A stretch of 64,000 bases of DNA, from the NCBI RefSeq assembly GCF_016903815.1, contig NZ_CP069973.1; one strand, given 5' to 3'. Shown here piece after piece: positions 8,781 to 19,764 of the stretch. The notes under the pieces are model-generated. The model saw nothing but the letters and a program-made list of their open reading frames with translations, was not told the DNA's origin and ran no database searches. Position numbers and translations under genes: made by a program. This DNA comes from Escherichia coli (GTDB taxonomy: Bacteria > Pseudomonadota > Gammaproteobacteria > Enterobacterales > Enterobacteriaceae). Each line of letters opens with the position of its first letter. The stretch's first letter is position 1.

Positions 8781-10225
8781 TATGGTCTTCCTATTAATTT
8801 ACTGTGGGATACAGCATTGATGTCATCTACAACCATCTGGAATGTCGGTTGGCGTCCTTCAAAGCGTGCGCGTTCCGCAACGTAATCGTGGTGGAGGTCG
8901 AGAATATCTTTTGGCAATGGAACGGCTCCGGCTTCCAGTACGCGTATCGCGCCGGTGTTGTCACGGACCGGAAGAATTTTGCCCGCGTTACACGCGGCTG
9001 GTGCAAATGGCACATCCAGTACGCCCGCTTCAAATGCCAGCACCGTACCGCGCGCAATATCACCATTACCCAGTTCGAACACTTTATTCAGTACCGCGCG
9101 AACCTCGCTCTTAATCAGTTCAATTTCCAGTTCAACCGCAGGGCACGGCGGGAATTTCTGCTCATTGACCATGTTGAGCATCTGGCGGGAGGCTTTCAGC
9201 CCCTGAATGTTGGCAGCGGCAGTCGGGATTCCCCAGGCTTCGTGAGGGCTTTTGGTGATGACTTTGGTGGCACCAGACATCCCCGCGACGGCTGCACCCC
9301 AGGAGATAATGGCGAACGCTTTCGATTCGTCTTCCGGAAAGCCGCCCATCCACTGGTGAAATACGGTACTTAATTCATAGTCGGTATAGCCATAGTTCTG
9401 AAAGTATTCGTGTGCAAGTTCACGCAGAGACTGGATCGCCGCGACATCCTGCGTCAGGCTGCCGACCTGTCCATAACCAACGGTGATAGATTTCACACCC
9501 TGTTCCAGCGCCAGTAATCCTTCGATTATCGCGATAGAGTGCGAGATAAACGGCGGGATCAGCGTACCCGTTAGTGGGCCAAATGGTTCGCGGTTGATGC
9601 GGATCCCGTGTTCTTCATACATCCCCATTAAACGGTCGCAGTACTGCCAGTCGCGGATCGATTTTTCCAGCGTTACGCGCTTGGCATACGGAATATTGTA
9701 GGAAATGCCGCCGCCTTCATAACTGGTAAAGCCGCTGGCCATCGAGATTTCAGCCAGCAGACGCGCATCTGGCGTGCCGTGGCGGATCTGTAGCGGTTTT
9801 TGCAGAGTTTCGGTGAGGCGACGGCAAGCTGCGACGCCGTGGTTAACGACCGGTAAACCGTTCAGTTTAGAGGTTCCGGCTTCGATGGATTTTTTAATCC
9901 CTACAGCAGCTTCTTCGTACCGATTCAGACGGGTATATGCATCGATGGTGCTCGGCAGCAGATCGCACTCTTCTTGTAGTGTTTTCAGTAGTTCGATGTG
10001 TTCGTCCATCAGCGCCACGCCTGCGCGCGGTTGGCTAAGAGTTTTACCTTCCTTGTCTGCTTTCAGCAGGGCAAGAGAGAAGCGTTTATGCTCAGGAATG
10101 GTTTGTTGGTATTTAACGCCATCTTCAAAGTTTTCAACATCCTTGCCGGTTTCCCAGGTTTTCAATACCTGTTGCCGCTCGGTCATGAATTCGTTATGGG
10201 TTAATTTCTTATTTCGAAGTTCCAT
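8780..10225 (-). CDS. Glutamate mutase epsilon (large catalytic) subunit, MutE/GlmE
   Basis: 481 aa, TIM-barrel large subunit length; operon context with the S and L components. Confidence 0.85.
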   Translation of the reverse strand: MELRNKKLTHNEFMTERQQVLKTWETGKDVENFEDGVKYQQTIPEHKRFSLALLKADKEGKTLSQPRAGVALMDEHIELLKTLQEECDLLPSTIDAYTRLNRYEEAAVGIKKSIEAGTSKLNGLPVVNHGVAACRRLTETLQKPLQIRHGTPDARLLAEISMASGFTSYEGGGISYNIPYAKRVTLEKSIRDWQYCDRLMGMYEEHGIRINREPFGPLTGTLIPPFISHSIAIIEGLLALEQGVKSITVGYGQVGSLTQDVAAIQSLRELAHEYFQNYGYTDYELSTVFHQWMGGFPEDESKAFAIISWGAAVAGMSGATKVITKSPHEAWGIPTAAANIQGLKASRQMLNMVNEQKFPPCPAVELEIELIKSEVRAVLNKVFELGNGDIARGTVLAFEAGVLDVPFAPAACNAGKILPVRDNTGAIRVLEAGAVPLPKDILDLHHDYVAERARFEGRQPTFQMVVDDINAVSHSKLIGRP

Positions 10226-10243
10226 TGATTGCAGCCTTAATTG

Positions 10244-11632
10244 TTATAGGGTTAAGCATTGAATACTGGTGCGCGCGGCGGCCAGTGGATCGACTCTGGC
10301 GACGTTTGCCAGCAGTGGTAATAGCCCCCGGGAATCGCGGTAATATTCAAATTCGGTCGGTAAGAGAATGCGTTTACCGTCGTCGTTTAACTCGCGGTAT
10401 TTCAACCAGTGATGCATATCGAACTGACTGGCACGCGAGAGCCATCCGCCGGAACCCACGACTTTACGCACGGTTGTCAGGTCACGTCCCATCTGTAAAT
10501 CGACATTGCCGACGCAGGTGCAGACCTCTTTTTTGGTGCCCGCATGTCTTTCGGTGGCATAACCCACACACAGTCCGGCCAGGACGGTATCGAAATATTT
10601 TTCTTCTGCATTCGCGGGTAAGTAGTCGGGATGAGCGACTAGATGACGGAGGTAATGATAAAAAGCGTCCAGCTGTGCGGGTTGCTGAGCAAAATTCACA
10701 TTGACTAACTCTTTCGCACTTTCACCAACCACCATTGCCGAGACGCGCATTCCCAGATCGCCTTCCACCGTCCGTTTCACGAAGGGTTCCGGTACGCCAT
10801 GTAAAACAGTGTCGGGCGAGAGCGTGTTGGCACAGGCTGAATAGACATCGGTGGTTGCGCCGCCCATGTCGATCAGCATGAACTCCTTCCAGCTGTGATC
10901 GACGTTACTGATTGCCTTAACCAGTTCAAAGACCGTCCATGGTGTCGGCATTGGTTCTTCGCCTGTTTTATCAACAATGACATCCAGCCCTTTCCCTTTA
11001 ACGATGCGTTTAAGGAATATGTCGCAGATAGCCTGGCGTGCAGCTAAAGGGTTCGGATGGTCAAGATCGGGCAGAACGTTGTCGACGATGGTCAGGTCTT
11101 TATGCCCTAGGATCTCCTGCACCTCGTCCTGAATATCCCGGTTTCCGGCATAAATAATGGCGCAGTCGAGTTTGGATTCTGCCAGCACACGGGCGTTATT
11201 CAGGCCGTAGCTTTCTTCTCCGCCGTCGGTGCCGCCGGTGAACAAGAGAATATCGGGCTGCGTTTCTTCCAGTGCCTGGATATCACGGCGGTTCAGCTTG
11301 TAGGCGTAATATTGCGCAATTTTAGCCCCCGCAGAGTGAGCGGTTACTTTCGCGGTTTCCAGGGTGATAGAAGGCACCAATCCCATTGCGGCAACCGCCA
11401 GCCCACCTTTGGCAGAGGAGGAATACTTCAATGTAACCTCACCGCTGTTAAACAGGGGGAGGGCATTATCTACGTTTAACACCAGGTTCAGGCTGGAGAA
11501 AAACCCCTTCGCCAGATGATGGGTGGTGGTTGGGGTCAGTACGTGGTTAACCAACGTTAACGCGTCCCCCTCCCGGGCGAAGAGGGCTGCTTTGGTCCAC
11601 GTCGAACCAATATCGACAGAGACGATTTGCAT
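10244..11632 (-). CDS. Glutamate mutase L component (MutL/GlmL, reactivating chaperone-like ATPase)
   Basis: 462 aa ORF between the S and E subunits, the typical glmS-glmL-glmE order; ASKHA-like N-terminus ([18 protein letters not shown]). Confidence 0.8.
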   Translation of the reverse strand: MQIVSVDIGSTWTKAALFAREGDALTLVNHVLTPTTTHHLAKGFFSSLNLVLNVDNALPLFNSGEVTLKYSSSAKGGLAVAAMGLVPSITLETAKVTAHSAGAKIAQYYAYKLNRRDIQALEETQPDILLFTGGTDGGEESYGLNNARVLAESKLDCAIIYAGNRDIQDEVQEILGHKDLTIVDNVLPDLDHPNPLAARQAICDIFLKRIVKGKGLDVIVDKTGEEPMPTPWTVFELVKAISNVDHSWKEFMLIDMGGATTDVYSACANTLSPDTVLHGVPEPFVKRTVEGDLGMRVSAMVVGESAKELVNVNFAQQPAQLDAFYHYLRHLVAHPDYLPANAEEKYFDTVLAGLCVGYATERHAGTKKEVCTCVGNVDLQMGRDLTTVRKVVGSGGWLSRASQFDMHHWLKYRELNDDGKRILLPTEFEYYRDSRGLLPLLANVARVDPLAAARTSIQCLTL

Positions 11633-12081
11633 CAGATTGCCTCTTCAAGAATGCGAGTATCAACGTTATGACGTTGGTTGATATCGTGGGCCATCAGCTG
11701 ACAAACATCTTCTAAGTCATGACTTGGGGAAAAGACGCGATCAAATCCCATCTCTTTGAACTTGGTTTCCACGTCAGCGAAGTCATGTTTTCCGACCACC
11801 AGGTTACCGCCCACATAGAGCAGGATGTTACCCAGCCCACGCTCGATGCAGCGTTCGCGCATGCCCAGACAATCGATATCGCCATGCCCATAGATAGAGG
11901 AGACGACAATCGCGTCAGCACCAGTTTCAATGGCAGCATCAATATATTCGTCCTGGCTGACCATTACGCCCAGATTAATAACTCTGAAGTCATGGTTGCT
12001 AAAAACGCGGTCCAGAACTTTATTGCCTACTGCATGGCAGTCCGCGCCAATAACGCCAATCACAAGTGTTGCTTTCTTCAT
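11632..12081 (-). CDS. Glutamate mutase sigma (B12-binding) subunit, MutS/GlmS
   Basis: ORF 11632-12144; cobalamin-binding DxHxxG motif ([11 protein letters not shown]). Start trimmed to ATG 12081 ([12 protein letters not shown]), preceded by AAGGA, giving 149 aa. Confidence 0.8.
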   Translation of the reverse strand: MKKATLVIGVIGADCHAVGNKVLDRVFSNHDFRVINLGVMVSQDEYIDAAIETGADAIVVSSIYGHGDIDCLGMRERCIERGLGNILLYVGGNLVVGKHDFADVETKFKEMGFDRVFSPSHDLEDVCQLMAHDINQRHNVDTRILEEAI

Positions 12082-12627
12082 GGGTAATCCTTTGTAAGAC
12101 AGAGAGTAAAATAAGTTACACACGTCGTATTTATGGCCGCTCATAACGGCACAGGTTTAATATCACAGGAGTGTCTTTATCTGACCGTAATGTTGCAATT
12201 GATCTATTTTCAAAATGTCTTTCGGGAAATGATTGTTTAAAGTGTGTTTTCAAATTCTCATTTTAATTCAGTGTGTTATGTCAACTAATGTCATGAATGT
12301 TAAATTTTTAAAATTAACTTGATTTGATGTATTGAGATAATTGTGATCAACTTCTAATTTGCATTTTTGTGACGTGGCTTTAGCCATGAGTAAATGCATT
12401 TCATAAAAGTTAAGTCGAATTTCACTGCAATTCATCTCTGCTTAATGTAAAAATAATGTTGAAAATAACAAATAATTAATGATTCATGCGAATTATGACC
12501 TTTGTTAGCTCTTTTGATTTTTCGTAAAAAAGAAAAGTACATGAAGGTGCTACCAGTACGAGTAACGTTAATCAAAAGTTTTATTACGTCTGGCAATAAC
12601 GCAGGCCATTTTCGCGACTGGGTGGAT

Positions 12628-13050
12628 TTAATCAGTATAATCCTCATACAATAGGTCAGGATTTACTGAACCGTTAACGGGGATTTGGTGTTGAAATTTA
12701 GAAATGGCGGAGTCAATTAATGAAGACAATATCGGAAAAATGACAGTGTCAGAATTAATTTCAATTAATCCTTCTCGTTGTTGACCAAAAAAGATATTTA
12801 TCTTGATTTCATTTGTACTACGGCAATCAATATGCAGTAATTTTTGATCGCTGAGATTTTCTGTTTCATAAATGTTTTTGGCGATAGTCGGATGTATTGA
12901 TGCCAGACATCTGCTCAGATAAGCCAGATCCTTTAGGGAACACCCCGCTGAGTAGAGGATGTCAGAGAATTTTTGTGTGTCAACTGTTGTCTCTGAAGCG
13001 TATGTTGCATTGACAGGAAGGGTGTTGAAAGAGATTTGAGATGGGATCAT
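12628..13050 (-). CDS. Hypothetical protein, no recognisable family (orphan, AT-rich)
   Basis: 140 aa ORF in a strongly AT-rich block, co-directional with and 80 bp downstream of the 314-aa ORF; no motif I can assign. Confidence 0.5.
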   Translation of the reverse strand: MIPSQISFNTLPVNATYASETTVDTQKFSDILYSAGCSLKDLAYLSRCLASIHPTIAKNIYETENLSDQKLLHIDCRSTNEIKINIFFGQQREGLIEINSDTVIFPILSSLIDSAISKFQHQIPVNGSVNPDLLYEDYTD

Positions 13051-13130
13051 TATTTAAATCTTTCCGTGAGTAATAAAAATTAATCCCCGGGCATTGTTTG
13101 GCAATATTTGCCACAGGGAATATATAAAAA

Positions 13131-14075
13131 TTAAAGTATTTGATTGGCATCGGTTAACTGATCAATAACCAGTGCCAGATTGGTAAACATTTTGAAAAAG
13201 CGATACTGGCTCGGAATATCTCTTTCAAAGACGAAACATTCAATGTCATTGTTTGAAAAATAAAGGACTAGTGTTGCTGATTCGTCAGGAAAAATATGGA
13301 AATATATCTGGTTACCAGAAGGAGGATAGTCCAGAAGAAGGGTATCTTTGCCCGTCACATACCTGTTGTGGTCGTGGATGCTGCGCTCACACTTCATCAG
13401 AGGTGTCATGATACTCATGTATTCATCTGATGTTAATATATTAAAATCACCATCCATTTTAAAGAAACGATAAAGTAACAGTACATCCTCTTGCGTAACC
13501 GGTTCGTTTGTTTTTAGAGGGAAATAAGTGGGAACCAGAAGATGAGGTTCTAATCTATTTTGTTGAGCGCTATAACTAAATTTGAACATAAATTCCGGAT
13601 CGCTCATCAATTGAGCGACATAATTATGCCTGGCTTCAAAAATTTTAACTTTTATCAGGTTAAATAAGTCTGTTTCGTCATCCTGTATTAAAAGACATTG
13701 ACCATAGCAGCCAGGCTTTTTTTCATTATAAGCAGAAACGGTTATTCTGTCAGGAGTGTCAACGTTATATCCAAAAGCCAGATAGTGACCTTCCTCATCG
13801 AGATTTGTTTCCAGGTTATTTAAATTCATCACATGAAGTGTTTGCAATGCTGATTCAATGAGCTGTTGACTCTCTGAGGTAAATGTTTCGCGCTGCGTTG
13901 TATAAAGTGTATCGATTCCAACGACTATCCGATGTGGATCAAGGATGGCGGCAATCATCTTTATTACCTGCACAGTCATGGGTGATGTCATTGATTCTTT
14001 ATCTGTTTTTAGAGGATCATTAGATGGCCAACCTGAGAAGCGATTGACAGCAGAACTGATATTATCAGGACTCAT
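13131..14075 (-). CDS. Hypothetical protein, no recognisable family (orphan, AT-rich)
   Basis: 314 aa ORF, uninterrupted, in AT-rich DNA between the glutamate operon and the cydA regulatory region; codon usage atypical for the E. coli core. Confidence 0.55.
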   Translation of the reverse strand: MSPDNISSAVNRFSGWPSNDPLKTDKESMTSPMTVQVIKMIAAILDPHRIVVGIDTLYTTQRETFTSESQQLIESALQTLHVMNLNNLETNLDEEGHYLAFGYNVDTPDRITVSAYNEKKPGCYGQCLLIQDDETDLFNLIKVKIFEARHNYVAQLMSDPEFMFKFSYSAQQNRLEPHLLVPTYFPLKTNEPVTQEDVLLLYRFFKMDGDFNILTSDEYMSIMTPLMKCERSIHDHNRYVTGKDTLLLDYPPSGNQIYFHIFPDESATLVLYFSNNDIECFVFERDIPSQYRFFKMFTNLALVIDQLTDANQIL

Positions 14076-14880
14076 AGCAGCAACCTCATTGTAATCAAGC
14101 GAGGCGCTGAGCGTACTCGGCTATAGAAAAACTAACTTGCAAAAATCGCTCATTTTTCATTTATCAGGCGAAAGTGGTCTCTGTTCACTCAGAAACAATC
14201 ACTCCCGCTAAGTCATACCTGTTTCATCGATACATTTAAGTGATTATTACTAATGAAACAATAACATAACGGGCTTACGGCCGGTGCTCATAAAGGCAAC
14301 AATCAATTAACTTTGATAAAAATATGTTATGTAAAATAGCAACAAATTGGCTAATCTAATCAATTGGTATTATAAAAAGTGGATAGGGCGGTTCTGTTAA
14401 ATAAAACACTGGTTTTTTATCTATACCTTTTCATTGTAATAATTGTGTTGCATAAATATTTCACAATAAATTAACAATAAAATCACCAATGATCTATGGT
14501 TTATACATAATTAACATATTTGGTTGGTTTTGATATAAATCAATTTTTAATTCTTGAAAAAAATCTGCAAAACACGATAAATTGTCGTAGATCAAATTGG
14601 TGAGATCGTGACAATTTCGCTATAAATTGATCACTGTCGAAAAATGCAAATTTGCTCAATAAAAACCTGTTTATTGTAAGGATTTTGCGGCGTAATATAA
14701 TTACGGGATCAATTTGGTTTATTCATTAACATATTTGTAACTTTTTTATCATTGTCTTTTCCTCTTTTGATGAAATGGCAACGATAGAGGCGAGCAAATA
14801 ATTTTGTATTGGGGCATGCGTGTGACCCTTTCTAACGGGGTTCACTCTCGGAGTCTTCATGCGATGAGCAAGGAGTCATG
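14076..14880 (+). promoter_or_regulatory. Long AT-rich cydA upstream control region (multiple promoters, ArcA/FNR/H-NS regulated in K-12)
   Basis: About 800 bp non-coding AT-rich DNA directly upstream of cydA, as expected for the cydAB control region; individual sites not resolved by eye. Confidence 0.6.
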
Positions 14881-16449
14881 ATGTTAGATATAGTCGAACT
14901 GTCGCGCTTACAGTTTGCCTTGACCGCGATGTACCACTTCCTTTTTGTGCCACTGACGCTCGGTATGGCGTTCCTGCTGGCCATTATGGAAACGGTCTAC
15001 GTCCTTTCCGGCAAACAGATTTATAAAGATATGACCAAGTTCTGGGGCAAGTTGTTTGGTATCAACTTCGCTCTGGGTGTGGCTACCGGTCTGACTATGG
15101 AGTTCCAGTTCGGGACTAACTGGTCTTACTATTCCCACTATGTAGGGGATATCTTCGGTGCGCCGCTGGCAATCGAAGGTCTAATGGCCTTCTTCCTCGA
15201 ATCCACCTTTGTAGGTCTGTTCTTCTTCGGTTGGGATCGTCTGGGTAAAGTTCAGCATATGTGTGTCACTTGGCTGGTGGCGCTCGGTTCAAACCTGTCC
15301 GCACTGTGGATTCTGGTTGCGAACGGCTGGATGCAAAACCCAATCGCGTCCGATTTCAACTTTGAAACTATGCGTATGGAGATGGTGAGCTTCTCCGAGC
15401 TGGTGCTTAACCCGGTTGCTCAGGTGAAATTCGTTCACACTGTAGCGTCTGGTTATGTGACTGGCGCGATGTTCATCCTCGGTATCAGCGCATGGTATAT
15501 GCTGAAAGGTCGTGACTTCGCCTTCGCTAAACGCTCCTTTGCTATCGCTGCCAGCTTCGGTATGGCTGCCGTTCTGTCTGTTATTGTTCTGGGTGATGAA
15601 TCTGGTTACGAAATGGGCGACGTGCAGAAAACCAAACTGGCTGCTATTGAAGCCGAGTGGGAAACGCAACCTGCGCCTGCTGCCTTTACTCTGTTCGGCA
15701 TTCCTGATCAGGAAGAGGAGACGAACAAATTTGCGATCCAGATCCCTTACGCGCTGGGCATCATTGCAACGCGTTCCGTGGATACTCCAGTTATCGGCCT
15801 GAAAGAACTGATGGTGCAGCATGAAGAACGCATTCGTAACGGGATGAAGGCGTACTCTCTGCTCGAACAACTGCGTTCTGGTTCTACCGACCAGGCGGTT
15901 CGTGACCAGTTCAATAGCATGAAGAAAGACCTCGGTTACGGTCTGCTGCTGAAACGCTATACGCCAAACGTGGCTGATGCGACTGAAGCGCAGATTCAAC
16001 AGGCAACCAAAGACTCCATTCCGCGTGTAGCGCCGCTGTACTTCGCGTTCCGTATCATGGTGGCGTGTGGCTTCCTGCTGCTGGCAATCATCGCGCTCTC
16101 TTTCTGGAGTGTCATCCGCAACCGCATTGGCGAGAAAAAATGGCTGCTGCGCGCCGCGCTGTACGGTATTCCGCTGCCGTGGATTGCTGTAGAAGCGGGC
16201 TGGTTCGTGGCTGAATATGGCCGCCAACCGTGGGCTATCGGTGAAGTGCTGCCGACAGCTGTGGCGAACTCGTCACTGACCGCAGGCGATCTCATCTTCT
16301 CAATGGTGCTGATTTGCGGCCTGTATACCCTGTTCCTGGTGGCAGAATTGTTCTTAATGTTCAAGTTTGCACGCCTCGGCCCAAGCAGCCTGAAAACCGG
16401 TCGCTATCACTTTGAGCAGTCTTCCACGACTACTCAGCCGGCACGCTAA
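14881..16449 (+). CDS. cydA: Cytochrome bd-I ubiquinol oxidase subunit I
   Basis: Translation [28 protein letters not shown]... matches CydA; ORF track starts one Met earlier (14878). Confidence 0.97.
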
Positions 16450-16464
16450 GACAGGAGTCGTCAA

Positions 16465-17604
16465 ATGATCGATTATGAAGTATTGCGTTTTATCTGGTGG
16501 CTGCTGGTTGGCGTTCTGCTGATTGGTTTTGCAGTCACTGACGGTTTCGACATGGGGGTGGGCATGCTCACCCGTTTCCTCGGTCGTAACGACACCGAGC
16601 GTCGAATTATGATTAACTCCATTGCACCACACTGGGACGGTAACCAGGTTTGGCTGATCACCGCGGGCGGCGCACTCTTTGCTGCCTGGCCGATGGTCTA
16701 TGCCGCTGCGTTCTCCGGATTCTATGTGGCGATGATCCTCGTGCTGGCGTCTTTGTTCTTCCGTCCGGTCGGTTTTGACTACCGCTCCAAGATTGAAGAA
16801 ACCCGCTGGCGTAACATGTGGGACTGGGGCATCTTCATTGGTAGCTTCGTTCCGCCGTTGGTGATTGGTGTAGCGTTCGGTAACCTGTTGCAGGGCGTAC
16901 CGTTCAACGTTGATGAATATCTGCGTCTGTACTACACCGGTAACTTCTTCCAGCTGCTTAACCCGTTCGGCCTGCTGGCTGGCGTGGTGAGCGTAGGGAT
17001 GATCATTACTCAGGGCGCGACTTACCTGCAAATGCGTACCGTGGGCGAACTGCACCTGCGTACCCGTGCAACGGCTCAGGTGGCGGCACTGGTGACACTG
17101 GTCTGTTTCGCACTGGCTGGCGTATGGGTGATGTACGGTATCGATGGTTATGTCGTGAAATCGACAATGGACCATTACGCAGCCTCTAACCCGCTGAATA
17201 AAGAAGTGGTTCGTGAAGCTGGCGCATGGCTGGTTAACTTCAACAACACGCCAATTCTGTGGGCTATTCCGGCACTGGGTGTGGTTCTGCCGCTGCTGAC
17301 CATCCTGACTGCACGTATGGATAAAGCCGCGTGGGCGTTTGTGTTCTCCTCCCTGACGCTGGCCTGCATCATCCTGACTGCCGGTATCGCAATGTTCCCG
17401 TTTGTGATGCCGTCCAGCACCATGATGAACGCAAGTCTGACAATGTGGGATGCAACATCCAGCCAGCTGACGCTTAACGTCATGACCTGGGTTGCGGTGG
17501 TTCTGGTACCGATCATTCTGCTCTACACCGCCTGGTGTTACTGGAAAATGTTCGGTCGTATCACCAAAGAAGATATTGAACGTAACACCCACTCTCTGTA
17601 CTAA
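16465..17604 (+). CDS. cydB: Cytochrome bd-I ubiquinol oxidase subunit II
   Basis: 379 aa, [31 protein letters not shown]..., directly after cydA. Confidence 0.97.
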   Translation: MIDYEVLRFIWWLLVGVLLIGFAVTDGFDMGVGMLTRFLGRNDTERRIMINSIAPHWDGNQVWLITAGGALFAAWPMVYAAAFSGFYVAMILVLASLFFRPVGFDYRSKIEETRWRNMWDWGIFIGSFVPPLVIGVAFGNLLQGVPFNVDEYLRLYYTGNFFQLLNPFGLLAGVVSVGMIITQGATYLQMRTVGELHLRTRATAQVAALVTLVCFALAGVWVMYGIDGYVVKSTMDHYAASNPLNKEVVREAGAWLVNFNNTPILWAIPALGVVLPLLTILTARMDKAAWAFVFSSLTLACIILTAGIAMFPFVMPSSTMMNASLTMWDATSSQLTLNVMTWVAVVLVPIILLYTAWCYWKMFGRITKEDIERNTHSLY

Positions 17605-17618
17605 GTAAGGAGCTAAAA

Positions 17619-17732
17619 ATGTGGTATTTCGCATGGATTCTGGGAACGCTTCTTGCCTGTTCGTTTGGGGTAATCACCGCGCTGGCGCTTGAGCACGTCG
17701 AATCAGGCAAAGCCGGTCAAGAAGACATCTGA
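17619..17732 (+). CDS. cydX: Cytochrome bd-I oxidase small subunit CydX (YbgT), 37 aa
   Basis: Manual translation MWYFAWILGTLLACSFGVITALALEHVESGKAGQEDI; below the ORF-track size cutoff; its stop overlaps the ybgE start. Confidence 0.9.
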   Translation: MWYFAWILGTLLACSFGVITALALEHVESGKAGQEDI

Positions 17733-18025
17733 TGAGTAAGATTATCGCAACCTTGTATGCGGTAATGGACAAGCGCCCCCTGCGGGCGCTTTCCTTCGTG
17801 ATGGCGCTTCTGTTAGCCGGATGTATGTTTTGGGATCCATCACGTTTCGCCGCGAAGACCAGTGAACTGGAAATCTGGCATGGTTTATTGCTGATGTGGG
17901 CCGTCTGTGCTGGTGTGATTCACGGCGTGGGCTTTCGTCCGCAGAAGGTTCTTTGGCAAGGGATTTTTTGCCCATTGCTTGCCGATATTGTTCTCATTGT
18001 CGGGCTGATTTTCTTCTTCTTTTAA
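17732..18025 (+). CDS. ybgE: cyd operon protein YbgE
   Basis: 97 aa membrane protein immediately after cydX. Confidence 0.9.
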   Translation: MSKIIATLYAVMDKRPLRALSFVMALLLAGCMFWDPSRFAAKTSELEIWHGLLLMWAVCAGVIHGVGFRPQKVLWQGIFCPLLADIVLIVGLIFFFF

Positions 18026-18039
18026 ATCAGAATTCTCTT

Positions 18040-18077
18040 TAAAAAATTATGGGCCGCTCCAGGCCCATAAATTTTTA
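18040..18077. terminator. Rho-independent terminator after the cyd operon
   Basis: atgggcc-gctcc-aggcccat hairpin flanked by an A-run and a T-run (aaaaaattatgggccgctccaggcccataaattttta). Confidence 0.7.
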
Positions 18078-18174
18078 CGCTCCCTTAACTTGCCCTCATT
18101 CCCAAACCTCAATCGCGCGCGTATAGTAGCAGCGTTTAAAAGCTCTAACTTTTGTTGCATTACCGGGATGTAAA

Positions 18175-19268
<1,094 letters not shown>

Positions 19269-19271
19269 GCC

Positions 19272-19700
19272 ATGGCCAGAGCGCGTGGACGAGGTCGTCG
19301 CGATCTCAAGTCCGAAATCAACATTGTACCGTTGCTGGACGTACTGCTGGTGCTGTTGCTGATCTTTATGGCGACAGCGCCCATCATCACCCAGAGCGTG
19401 GAGGTCGATCTGCCAGACGCTACTGAATCACAGGCGGTGAGCAGTAACGATAATCCGCCAGTGATTGTTGAAGTGTCTGGTATTGGTCAGTACACCGTGG
19501 TGGTTGAGAAAGATCGCCTGGAGCGTTTGCCACCAGAGCAGGTGGTGGCGGAAGTGTCCAGCCGTTTCAAGGCCAACCCGAAAACGGTCTTTCTGATCGG
19601 TGGCGCAAAAGATGTGCCTTACGATGAAATAATTAAAGCACTGAACTTGTTACATAGTGCGGGTGTGAAATCGGTTGGTTTAATGACGCAGCCTATCTAA
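19272..19700 (+). CDS. tolR: Tol-Pal system protein TolR
   Basis: 142 aa, ExbD-like. Confidence 0.97.
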   Translation: MARARGRGRRDLKSEINIVPLLDVLLVLLLIFMATAPIITQSVEVDLPDATESQAVSSNDNPPVIVEVSGIGQYTVVVEKDRLERLPPEQVVAEVSSRFKANPKTVFLIGGAKDVPYDEIIKALNLLHSAGVKSVGLMTQPI

Positions 19701-19764
19701 ACATCTGCGTTTCCCTTGCTTGAAAGAGAGCGGGTAACAGGCGAACAGTTTTTGGAAACCGAGA

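Noticed and set aside
12082-12430. Cobalamin riboswitch upstream of the B12-dependent glutamate mutase operon
   Set aside because: Looked for the conserved B12-box (GCCACTG-type core) in the leader and did not see one; the operon appears to be regulated by the convergent LysR regulator and promoter elements instead. A covariance-model search would be needed to rule it out completely.
15289-17634. Long antisense ORFs inside cydA and cydB (15289-16227 minus, 16354-17634 minus, 15996-16364 minus)
   Set aside because: They lie entirely within well-supported, highly conserved cydA/cydB coding sequence on the opposite strand; translations are low-complexity (Arg/His/Gln-rich) with no family resemblance. 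Typical antisense artefacts of GC-biased coding DNA.
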